NCBI GenBank assembly: GCA_016748015.1
Contig: JAAOMT010000134.1
Span: 1,370,757-1,434,756, forward strand
Reading direction: 5' to 3'
From: Geosiphon pyriformis uo1
Lineage: Eukaryota; Fungi; Glomeromycota
DNA: 64,000 bases
This document shows, piece by piece, positions 21,890-34,400 of this stretch. The position numbers and the translations under genes were made by a program. A model generated the notes under the pieces. It did no database searches. It saw only the letters and a list, made by a program, of their open reading frames with translations, and had not been told where the DNA came from. The stretch's first letter is position 1; every line of letters starts with the position of its first letter.

Positions 21890-24800
21890 CAAACAGTGGT
21901 TACATAGTCAAATATTTATTTCTTCCAACTATTGCTCTTGTTCTTTTCAAGTAGGTGTCAACTGTTGATAGTACTCGTGGAATTCTTCTGGATTGTTCTC
22001 AATGTTACTAAATATGTCAAACATTAGGACATATTCAGGTTCAGGCAAAAATAGGGGGTTGTTTTTGATTTCTAGTAGTTTATTGATTGTCACACCTTTT
22101 GCCTTCGCACTTGTTATTCTCCAGAGTTCATGTTCATTGTATGGATATCCTTCCAATTGTTATAATGCTTGTTTTTAGGCATTGTCAATTGGTGTTCTCT
22201 TGTGTACCCAATCATTGATTAGTATTGTATACTGACAGATTTCATCACATGTTCTTTTTCTCCCAGGAATGTTGTTCCACATTCCTTCATCAAGGAGAGT
22301 TTCCTCACAAGCTAAACATAGTGTATTATCCCATTTTCCCATTTGTTTTGGTCTTCCAAAGCATTCAATGAGACATGTGTGGCAATAAAACTTAGTTGCT
22401 GTCTGGTATTCCTCATCATCATTACAGCATGTGCCCATTGACGACAATTTCTTGTCACAATCAATGCATATGAGCTTTGGTCGGTAATAGCTTGATAATT
22501 GTGATAGTATATATGTATAAGAGGTGTAACTGGCAGTTGGTAGTGGGTCTTTTTCTTTCACTTTTTCTTTTCCTTTTTCTCTCTTATCCTATTCCCAAAT
22601 TGGTGGTTCTTCTAAGTCGTGATCGGTGTTCCAGGCTTGGTTTGCATTCCAAGTAGGTTCTGTTCTCTTCTGTTTTCCTTTGCCGTTGTCATCCCATGAG
22701 AGTATTGGCAGCAGCTCGTTGTGTTTTTTGTCAGTCCACAAGATTTGATATGCTTCTCAAGTAGGTTTTGGTTTTTTTTTTTCGAGATCAATTAAAGATG
22801 CTGTGGTGTTGGTAGCTTTGAAGTGACCACACATTGCTGGTACTTGTGTGTGTCAACCATTCTGGCTGAGTACTAGTTTTTAAGTCATCTAATCAAGCAC
22901 AGCATTGGTTTTGAATAGCTAGTCATTACTAACTAAAACTTGGTATTGGGTGGCTTTTATCACCAGAACTTTAATGAGTACTACAATGCTATTGACTTCA
23001 ATTGGGAAGTTATCGATTTCACCAATTGGGGTTTTGGTGGCTCCATCTGTGGTGATAATCCTGGCACTGGCAGCACAATCAACTTGGTGACCTAATTGAT
23101 CTATGAGTTGTTGTATGATGATATTGTCTGCTAAACTACTGTTAAGGATTAATTTGATGGAATGGCTATCGATCTTGGTGTCAGTGTACATGGCCATAAT
23201 CAGTTTCTCTTCAAGTGCTGCTCTACTGAATAATGGCATATCTAATGGTTTCTCGAGTTTGAATAGAAAAATGGCATCCAAAGATTCATTTTCGGTAATT
23301 GTAGCAGGTGGGATATTATTGGTAGGTGGTTGTTGTTGTTTGATTCTCTGATTGCTAGATGTGGCATCTTCTGGAGTTATCAGAAGGCTTAAATAGTATT
23401 GAGAATTCGGGTTTTGGGTGGGACCAGTGCCCGGATTCCACTGACAAGATCCTGATTGTTAATAGGAAGAGCTGGGGATTGGTTAATATACAACCATCGC
23501 CGATCTCCAGTTTTGGGTAATCCTCGATCTTGGGTTCTTTGATGTCATTTGAGCTGGGTTTGCTGGTAGTGTTTGAATGATGGGTGTTTGATAGATTGCT
23601 GGTGGCTGTGGTTGATATATTACTTGTGGCTGCACTTGATAAATTGCTTGTAGTAGCGGTTGATAAACTGGTGGTTGATAAATTGGTTGGTGTGTCATAG
23701 ACAGATAAGTGGGTTGGTATTGGTCTTAATTTGGGTGATGGTTCGGAGTCTGGAACTGGTAATTGGGGTTTCTATATTGATTTCCCAATCATAGATTGCT
23801 ATAAGTATGGCAGTTGGCTCTGATGTGCTCTTGTTTATCACAGTTGTGGCAGATGCATGTCTCTGGCTGCCACGACTGATTGAATGACGATGATAGACAT
23901 GACTAATTTTGGAAATGATTCGCATTTCCCTAATTGTTATGCCATTGAAGAGGTTGATAAATTATGTGATTGTCAGTTAAGTATCTCTCTAATTTCTGAT
24001 TAATTGAATTACTGAATTGCTTCAATTTGGAATCCAATTCAGATGATTTATTCATTGTTAGATTCACAGCTTAGGTGTGATTAGCTTCTAGTTCAGCTGT
24101 TTTAAAATCTCTGGCATAGATGACTGTGATTGGAAGATCTACTGGGTGCATTGGACGTATTTTTTGTAGGATGCCACTGTGTAATCTTCTAATAAATTGA
24201 TTTAAAATCTGTGGCACTGTGAAATAGTCAGCTTGGATGGCTTGTATTTGGCATAGATTTCTATGGAAGTGTTCTAAGTAGGTAATGACTGCTTTAGTGT
24301 CCCTTTGTTTAATGGTGGTAAATGTGTTGGTCAAGTGATTGATATTATTGTTATTACTAAAGTATCTCAAGAATTCTGTTTTGAACTCATTGAAGATTTG
24401 TGGTTTGGTGGCTAGGCTTTGATACCATGAGTCGGCAGTATCTTTGAGAAAATAGGGGATCACTTGAAGGGCTTTACCATCATTCTATCTATTGGTCATT
24501 ATGGCTTTTTTAACATTGTTGAGCCATATTTGGGCATCATTCTCTTCACCAGTAAAATTGTCAAGTTTTGCGATTGGTGCATAGGCCATTGGATCTAAGT
24601 TGGGTTGTTGTGGTGGTAGTTGAAGTGGTTGTTGTTGTACAGGTTGTTGGGGTGGTAGTTAAAGTTGTAGTTGTAGGGATTTGGCTACTGGATTAATTGG
24701 TGGTTGATCGATGACAATTACTGAAGGTAAGTTTTGTTGATTTATTAAATCAGAGTTTCAATTATCTTGAGTTGACAGTGTCTAAATATTCGGAGTTTCA

Positions 24801-26481
24801 ATTTCTGGATTTTCTGGGTTTAGATTTTGCTGGGTTTGAAGATTTAGGGTTTCAAATTCCAGGTTTTCAGTGATCAGGTTCTGGTAAGTGAATTCTTGAT
24901 CTTCAGCTTCTTCTTCTTCCTCTTCTTCTAATTCTGTTACTTTCCATGGATCAGAAATTCCGAAATTTGGGGGAGGTGGTGGTGATCAAAGTCCTGATGG
25001 CATTGATGATTACAAGTTAAATCCTTCAAAATACACGCCATATGGTCCTAATAACTCTGCTTTCTTTTGTTTACTTTGGAATGAGAATTGTCCAAATGCT
25101 GATGTCATGTTTGATGTGGCCACACTGGTAGATGTAATATTAATGGCACTTCCAGGTGTATAGTAGTATAATGGATTAGTTGGAGACTCAGCTTTTGTTT
25201 TCTTCCAAATAGGTGGTTGTATTCTTTTGGGTGTTACTGCTGGTGTTTGCAGTTTTTCTTTGCCTTTGTTCACATAAGTAATAGAGTATCTTTGCTGTGT
25301 GTGGTGTTCAATTTCTTTGTTGATTTCTGTGATGATAGAGGTGAAATTGTGATTTATTAGCAGGTTGGTATTTTGAATTAATTCACTGTAAAAGGCTTCT
25401 CTTGCTGATTTAATATTTACTGGTGTTCCTAACAGATAGGCAATTCTTTCATTGATGTAGAAATTGAAAGCTGATTCCACTAATATGTGGTTGTGATTTA
25501 ATCCCAAATGTTGACAGTAGTGTTAAAATAAGAATTTTGCAAATCCTAAATGGTTTGCTTCTATGTTTTCTGATTCTGCCACTTTTAAATTTGTGTTGGT
25601 GCTGGTTTTCTGTAGGATTATACCTTATAGGGAGCACCAAATGTTACAGGTGATTATTTCTAGTGTTAAATTAAATAACAAATCTGTAACTTGGTGCTAA
25701 AAGTTATTTGCATTAATGTTATTAATCTGAAGATTTTGTATCTAAAGGTTTTGGTTTGAGTTCTTTGTATAATGGACAAAGATTCAATAGTTGTTTTATC
25801 TGTAGCTTCCCAGAATTGCAATTCTGTTAATTCTTCTCTCAGCGTAATGGCTGGCAATTTTCTGGTAAGTATTCTGTATCTTCTGTATATGTCCTACCCT
25901 CTCGCAAGGGTCTTTTACCAGGCAATTCTTGACATCAGTAATCTAGTGCTTTATTCAACCAATTAGTGCACAACAATAAAATCAAAATAAAATAAAATAA
26001 AAAAATAAAAAAAAAATAAAAAAAGAAAAGAAATAAGCCAAGGTGATTTACAAGTTAGTATTCTGTCAATAGCCGTGATCAAAAGCTATTGTTCTAGTAT
26101 GGTTAAGTATCAATTACTATCAATATAAAGTTTTGATAGTGGCAGTGGATTTGAGATAACAAACAGTTATTTATTTGTGGTTTGGAAAGTTGTCTAAATA
26201 AAATCTAAACTAAGAGGTCTGTCTTTTTAGCTTCTAATCCTACTGTTATATATACATAATTGAAATTCCTCAATTCCTCAATTCTTTACAACAGAAATCC
26301 TGGAATTTCTGGAATTCTGCAATTCTTTTGAGAGGAATTCTGGAATTCTAGAATCCTGCGATTTCTTGTGAGAATCCTGTAATTTCTGGAATCCTAGAAT
26401 TCCACATTTTACTATGTCTACTTCTAATTGGTTAATAACTATGCTAATATATATTCTTTATATTTCTATGAGTAATACTGG

Positions 26482-28689
26482 CTACTTTATTAATTTGATC
26501 CTAAACAGTGGATTATCTGTCAGTGTAATTGCCAAACACTTTTTGGAAGCCATTGGAAGAAAGATTGATGAATCTTCTATCTGGTCTATGACCAATGTAC
26601 ATGGTGACAAAAAAAAAGGTCTGGGTATAGCCAAAGCTGTTCCTGTTTACATTAATAGTATTAGCATTGAAACAAACATGGAAGTATTTGAAGCAAAAAA
26701 GTATACTATCATTGTTGATAATGAGTGGCTTAAAAAAGCCAAAGCACTACTTGACTATGAACTTTGTGAGCTAACTATTAGATGTGGTGAGAAACCCATT
26801 ATGATTAAATGCTGTTATTGGACAACTTCTTCAGTAACCAAACAAAACCAAGAAAAAGAACAATCAAATGAATCAGATGATGATAAGAGTGATGATGAAA
26901 AAGATCAAGAAGAACAAAAAGAAACTGCTGAACTTGCTTATACCATCTTTACCAGCAATAGCAAGTTACTGGACAATATTAAAGCAGATAAAAAAGGAAT
27001 CATAATAAATGGCAAGCTAATCTGCTGGCCCTACTATGATATTCTCAAAAGAACTTTTGACAGAAAGCCTGGCAAGAAAGCCAAATACAGTTATTAGTGG
27101 CATGGTCCTTGTGTCAGGTACTGGTGTGATAAATTTTTGTATTCTTTTAGTGATGAATGCAAGTTCTGTTTAATCTATTACAAAGATTGGAAGCCAATTA
27201 GTTTAATACCCAGAGAAAAACTAAAAGAAGTACAGAAATCTTTTAAGAGTGAACCACTTGAAATTCAATCACTAGTTGTAGAACAAAGAGAACTTTTCCT
27301 TAAAGAAAGAAAAGTGGACATTGAAAATTTGTTGGCTAGGAATAGTTTAGTTATCTCAAAAGAAAGCAATACTCCTGGACAAATCCATGTAATACAACAT
27401 ACTATTATCACAAAAAAAACTCATTCATTCATTTGAAGCCTTATTAATCCAATTAATACAATGATGAGTTTATCAAAAAAAAGATAAACTGGATGAAAGA
27501 TCTTGGATTCATACAAGAAACCAAGAGTGAATGGGCTTTCTCAATTGTAGTGATATCCAAAAAAGATAAAACTTTATGCTTCTGTGTTGACTACTGTCAA
27601 TTAAATGCCATCACTATAAGAGACATGTACCCACTTCCCAAAATTGATACAATGCTAGATAAATTCAATGGTGCTGCTTTCTTCTCAACCATTAACTTAA
27701 CTGCTAAATTCTGGCAAGTAGAGATAAATTCAGAAAGCAGAAAGAAAACTGCCTTCATTACCAAATATGGCACCTATGAATTCACAGTTATGCCTTTTGG
27801 TCTTACCAATGCTCCTTCTATTTTTCAACACCTAATAGACAAAGTATTTAAATCAGTAAAAGAAAACTTTGTTCTGGTCTATTTAGACAATATAATGGTC
27901 TACTCAAAAACCTGGGATGAACACCTTGAACATTTGCAGACGGTTTTTAACTTGTTCAAAAATATTGGCCTTAAGATCAACCCAATCAAATCTTTCTTTG
28001 GACACCAATCCACCCAGTTTCTTGGTTATCTTATTACAAAAGATAGAATCTTTTCTGACCCAGCTAAAGTTGAAAAAGTTCAGAATATCAGACAATCAAT
28101 AAATGTTTCTGAACTATGCTCTTTTCTTAGTTTGGCCTCTTACTATCACAAATTTATTAAAGATTTCTCCAAAATCGCCTTTTCTCTCAATCAGCTATTC
28201 AAAAAAAATGTCAATTATTACTGGGGTACTCATCAACAAAAAGCTTTTGAAATTCTGAAAGAAAAACTTGTTACTAAACCAATTCTCAAGCAATCTGATT
28301 TGGATCAATCTTTTATCCTTTACACTGATACATCTGGCTATGAACTTGATGTTGTTCTTTTACAAGAAGATGAAAATGGCAGAAAACATGCCATAGCTTA
28401 TGCTAGTAGATCTTTTACACCAGCAGAAAAAAACTATTCAGTTATTAAACAAGAATGTTTAGCAATAGTTTGGGCTACTAGTTACTGGAATCAATATTTT
28501 CTTGGTGCAAAATTCTTAGTGGTAATAGATCATCAAGTCTTGGTTTGGCTGCACAATAAAAAAAAGCTGGAACACAAATAAATAACTTACTAAATACTCC
28601 ATTTAGATGAATTTGACTATAATATTTAATACTGCAAAGGAGCAAATCATCAAAATACTGATGTTCTCTTTAAACTTACCATCTAGTGA
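26482..28689 (+). pseudogene. pol: A2 pol, remainder (protease-RT-RNase H)
   Basis: ORFs 26414-27097, 27137-27436, 27493-28581; ends TGA TAG at 28687-28692. Confidence 0.92.
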
Positions 28690-28753
28690 TAGTACAATCT
28701 CTTAAACCAAACCAACTTAATTATTAGTAACTTCTTTACAAACAAACACAATA

Positions 28754-30061
28754 ATAGACTTGGACAACTACTCTGCCTTAATAGAATTTTTGGGTAAAGG
28801 ACAATACTCACCAGAATACACTTGACAGCAAAAAAAACATTTGCACAAACAATTAAATTTCTATTTAATTTGCCAGAACCAACTATATAAAAGAAATAGA
28901 AAACATTTTGACTGCCTTTAGAAAGTCATCAGATTTGAAAAAAAAGAAATTGTAATATACAACATGCACACTGACTTATTAGCTAAACATTTTGGAAAAA
29001 CAAAGACAATTTAGAAAACTTTAGCTCATTATTATTGGCCTACCTTAGGAAAAGACATTGCTGAATACATCAAAACCTGTGACATCTGCCAAAGAAGAGA
29101 CAAACCCAATTGCAAAGAAGATATCCATCCAATTTCTATTAGTCAACTATTTAACAGAATTAGTATAGATGTTATTGGATTTTTAACAATAACTCTTGAT
29201 GGCAACAGATATATTATTATAACTACCAATTATTTTACAAAGTAAGTAGAAGCAAAAGCCACTTCAGACCAAACAGCAGTCTCAATACCCAATTTTATTT
29301 ATGAAGATATTATCTGCCATCATGGCTGCTCCAAAGAACTTTTATTTGATAGAGGAAGAGCTTTTTTTAGTACACTGGTTGAAGAACTTTGTAGAAAAAT
29401 GGAAATACATCATAAACTTTCCTCCTCTTATCAATCTTAAACAAATGGCTTAATAGAACATTTTAATAAAACACTATGTGAAATCTTAGCCAAAACCAGT
29501 AAAGAAACAAACTTATGGGACAAAGTACTGCTTTCATTTTTGTTTGCTTATAGAACTGTAAATCATGACATAACAAGTTATAAACCTTTTTATCTGCTCT
29601 ATAAACACATGACAACACTACTAATAAAAACTAATATTAAGATAATACTCTTTGAAGAAATTACAATAAGAAATTACAAAGACATTTTGCAAAGAAGACT
29701 TAGTACTATTTTTGACTTCTTAGTAGAAGCATAAATAATTGCTTTTAAAAAGATAAAACAGTTTCAAGAAAAGCTTAAAAAAAAGAAAACTTATAAAACA
29801 CTTTCTTTAAGTATTGGTAATTTGGTACTAAAATACTATTCAGACAGAGACAATGTCTATGGTGATAAATTCTTTAGCTGATAAAAAGAACTCTTTATAG
29901 TCAACAAAGTTTTGAACAATAGTTCTTATATTCTTTAAGATCAATCTGGAACAATCTTCAATGATTATTCTGTTCATAGTACATGACTTAAGAAATATTA
30001 TAAACGACTTGATTGGTTGTCTGTTGTGATAATACTGACTCAAATAATCAACAAAAATTAA
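28754..30061 (+). pseudogene. A2 integrase ORF
   Basis: Colinear with 10008-11321; CDIC; FAYRTVNH. Confidence 0.85.
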
Positions 30062-30108
30062 GTATTAATAAATACACCATTCCCAAAACAGAGGTATCTT
30101 TAATTAAC

Positions 30109-30765
30109 ATAAACAATTATTTTTTGGATCAAAACATTTAAAATGCCTTTTATACTCTCCATGAATATTGGATCAAAAACTATTCAAATATTATTCTGAC
30201 CATTGGAAAACAAATCACTATAACTAATAACAATAAAACACATACTGTTATTAGACCAAAGAAAACTAATACTTGAAGAGAAAAAATTGATAGCAAAATA
30301 GATAAATATCTATTGGAAAGTATAACAGCAGCTATACTCCCACCTTTTAACACAATTGGAAAAACACTTCAAGAAATCTTATCCATAGACAAAAACTTGT
30401 CATATGGAAGGCAATTAAAACTTTATGGTTGCATTAGTGAAATTATAGAGGATATAAAACTTATAAAGAAAACAACTTTAGAGATACAGGCAGAAATTTT
30501 GGGCATTATATAATTAGATATCCCAAAAGTTTTAACTATTGCTAAAAGAGCCAAAACTTTAATACAAAGATTTGGTCTCTTGGATACAAAACTTATTTTG
30601 ATTCAAGTATTATATACCTTATCCACAAAAGACTTCAACAAACTATTTAGCTTTGAGTTAGATAAAACCCTTCAAATAGATTACACTATAAATAGCTTGA
30701 TTTCACCAGAGCTCAATCTCTTTGGAGAGAATGATATTATAATTAAAACTTATACTTTTTATTAA
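30109..30765 (+). pseudogene. A2 ORF3
   Basis: ORFs 30313-30513 and 30580-30765 match A3 ORF3. Confidence 0.78.
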
Positions 30766-31463
30766 TTATCACATGTATTAGTGACTGATGTTATATAAAT
30801 TAGCCACTCTATTTTTAGAAAGTAATTATTGATTTGATCAATAACCTGACCATTGACTTGATTATTGACTTAATCATTGATCTGATCATTGATCTGATCA
30901 TTAACCTAGTCATTGACCTAATTATTGACCACTTTTGATAGCTATATAAGCAATGAATTTCTTAGCTATAGAAAAGCATATAGAAATCAAGGAAATAAAA
31001 AAAATAAAATAACAACTTCATCTCAATCTTTTTCTTATTGCAAATTTCTCTTTTCCTATTTTTAAGTATCCAAACATTTTGGGATAAAAGATTACTTGTT
31101 GTTTATTCTTTATTCTTTTTCTGAAATGTGTAATCACAGCATTTGAAGATTATTAAATAAAATGTGACTGAAAAATACATCTGATACCTGATATTGAATT
31201 TTAAGAGCATCGACATGAAGCATAGAATTATACTAGTGTGTGATCATTTGTTGACAGTACGGATTATCCCTCTACCTTTAAATTTCTGGTTATCCTTGAA
31301 AAATATAGCAACTGAGATATTTTATAAGACTAATCTCGCACATTGAATTCATACTTATTCAATTCACTCTTTGAAGTTGAAATCCCTTTGATTCCTTTCA
31401 TCACTCTACAATTCTGTTCTTCTTTGCTATCTATTAGCTTGTTACTCTAACTCATAACAGTAG

Positions 31464-34400
31464 TTTCACTTAACAGTTCTATGAAATTTTTAATTGTATT
31501 GTATATAAAAATCTTGATGTGTTTGTGGTTTTTGGCTAATATATAAAAATTAGTGATGCCAATTTTTTCTGATTTACAAATGTTTGTTTTAGCTTTAAAA
31601 ATCTGGAATTAATTTTTTACTTCCTTTCTATAACTAATATATACTAATTATATGATAAAATAGAAATTAATTGATAGGTGAAGATAATTTTTTTTTTATT
31701 AATGATCTTTTCTTTTGCTATATTAACTGATATTTCTACTTTACCCATAAATCTGAATTCTTTTATTTCTTTTGCTGTAATCTCTAACTCTTTTTTTGTT
31801 CCTACTAATACTAACTGAGCTATTTTAATCAGACACAAGAATATTGTCTATGCTATCTTTTCATTTAGTTCAATAATATATTCTTTTTTTAAGTTATATT
31901 GTAGTATTATAATAATATTTCTTATGTATTTTGCATTAATTATTTTTTTTCTAATATTAATCTTTTTTTTACTAAACTAAATCTAAATGCTAATTGAATC
32001 ATTGTTGTTGTTAGAATTTTCAATGCTATTTTCAGATTTATACTAGTACATAAATAAAGTTTTAATCTGATAAAAGTTTTTCTTGAATATCTGAAATTAA
32101 ACTCTGTATTAATATTATGTGTATATTTTGACATGATATCTTTACTGTTATTATTAAACCATTTAAGTTTCTGTTCTATTAAGAGATTTGGAAATACAAT
32201 ATATTGTTTGGAATTGTAATTGAAGTTTGAATCATTATTGTTGTTGTTGTTATAGTAAATAATATTGGAACTGTTATTGTTGTTATCATTAGAGTTTAAG
32301 TTATGATTAGAGTTCAATTCCAATTCCAATGCACATTTGTTGATTGGTTTTTTTTCTTTAAGAATTGAATAAATCATGCACAATAGTAAATTGTAAATAA
32401 TATTACAATTATTACAATATTCAAAGTCACTGAAAATTAGACAATATTTACAGAGTCTAGTGTTTAGTTATTCCAAATGCTGCTTTTGCTTTTTTCTAGT
32501 GAATGTTAGATCTTGATAGTGTTTGTAAAATTGGTTTGAATTGCTCAAGATATTAATATGAGTTGAAAATAAAAATAGTCTCAACAGATTTTGGTGAATT
32601 GTTTTTGATTATAAATATTTTACTAGGTAAAGTACCTTTGACTTTGGCACTTGTTATTTACCAAATTTTATCTTCATTGTATGGGTAGCCATTCAAGCAT
32701 AAAAGTACTTGGTTTTATGCAGTATTGAAAAACATTCTTCAATTTATCTAATTACTTATAAGAATCATGTATTAATACAAAGCATCACATATTTCTTCTT
32801 GACCAGAAATGTTATTTCACATTCTTTTGTTAAATAAAGTTTCTTACAAGTAAAACATGGTTTGTTGTCCCACTTTTTTTGTTATTTTGAATACCCAAAC
32901 ATTTTCAGTAGCATAGTTTGTAGTAATAGTAAGTGTATGTTCAATAGTTTTCTTTAGGTAAAATCCAAGCTCTCATAGAGAAAAGATTTTTCTTATAGTT
33001 AATATATCTAAATAGAATATATAATAGTTTTTTCTTGTGTTTATAAAGTATGATCTATTCTACTTACTAGTTATTTTTTCAGTAACTATGGTGGCTTCTG
33101 GTTTATTCTTTTTCTTCTTTTTTATTATTATTCTAAAAGAGTATCAGTAATAATTTGTTGTGCTTGTCTTTAATTTACGAAACTTAATAGGCTTCTCAGG
33201 TAGGTTTTTCTTTCTCTTTTTTCAATTTGATCAATAATTGCTTTTTAAAGAAGCTTTGAAGTGTCTGCAGATAACAAACATTTAAGTATGTTGATTATTA
33301 AATGTTAATTGAAGCTTTTAAGTGTTCCAATTAAATATGGCATTGGTTTTAAACAGCCAGTCATTATCAACAAAAGCTTGGTACTGTATGGCTTTTATTA
33401 CCAGAACTTTAATTAGTGAGATGCCATTGATTTTAAAGAGGAAGTTATTAATTTTGCTAATAAAAGTTTTCATTATTTTATTGGCTGTAATAATTTTGGT
33501 ACTGGCAGCATAATTAACTTAGTAACTTAATTGATCTATAAGTTGTTATGTGATGATATTGTCTACTAACTTACTATTAAAAATTAGTTTAATAAATTGT
33601 TTATCAACTTTGACATTTGTATATATGGCTGTAATGGGTTTAGTATTAAGAGTGGCTCTATTAAATAGAAATAACATTATTGATTCTTCTAATTCAAAAA
33701 GAAATATGGCTGTAAGTAACTTGTCTTTAATAATAGTTGCTAATGAAATGTTGTTGGTAAATGGTGTTTTTAGGCTTTCTAAATTGTTAGATGAGTTGGT
33801 TTTTGGAATAACCAAAAGACTTAAATAGTTCTAGAAATTTGGATTTTGGATGTATTCACTTTTTAAATTCTATTGGCATAATTCTAATAGCTGATTTGAT
33901 AAACTAGGAATTAATTAGTATATTACTATTGTCAATTTCTAATTTTGTTGGATATAAGTGATTCTCAGCCTTGAATTTCTGATTGGTATTGGCACAGTAA
34001 TTTGGGATGGTGTTTGAATTTGTTGGAATTAATAAATCACTTATGGCTGTAGTAATTGATAAATTATCAATGTTGGAGTTTGATAAACTAGAAATACATA
34101 TATAGGTTGTTGTATTATTTAAAAGTAATAAGACTGATAGTATTTTTAATTCTAAATATAATTTGGAGTTTGAAACTGGTAATTGGAGTTTTGATATTGA
34201 TTTTCTGATCATTAATTATTAAATTTAGAATGGCAATTTGCTTTTAGATAGTTTTGTTTACCACAATAGTGATAATTATGTATTTCCTGTTGTCACAATT
34301 AATTTGATGATAATGAATGCAATTAATTTTGAAAACAATTGAAGTTTCTTTGATTGTTATGATGTTGTAAAAATTGATAAATTGTCTGATTATTAGCTAA

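Larger units (their letters stand above)
19249..25582 (-). pseudogene. B2 single gag-pol frame: N-domain, capsid, CCHC, protease, Cys-rich domain, dUTPase, RT, RNase H
   Basis: ORFs with 5' ends at 25507, 24463, 23698, 23281, 22561 and 22156 share one frame; knuckle CHNCDKQEHIRANC; one frameshift, caused by a 94-bp duplication; RT CVDYRKLN, LDLDSGYWQ, PFGLTN. Confidence 0.9.
8522..26477 (-). mobile_element. Gypsy family B copy B2, full length (5' LTR 25642-26477; 3' LTR 8522-8650 + 16381-17107, split by A3)
   Basis: Perfect 4-bp TSD CTGG (8518-8521 / 26478-26481); PBS ~25623-25639; PPT AAAAGAAGGGAATAA at ~17108-17122. Confidence 0.95.
5952..31459 (+). mobile_element. Gypsy family A copy A2, full length, split by B2 (LTRs 5952-6664 and 30735-31459)
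   Basis: 4-bp TSD ATAG (5948-5951) / GTAG (31460-31463); protease region continues across B2 (VAG|YFINLILNSG). Confidence 0.92.
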
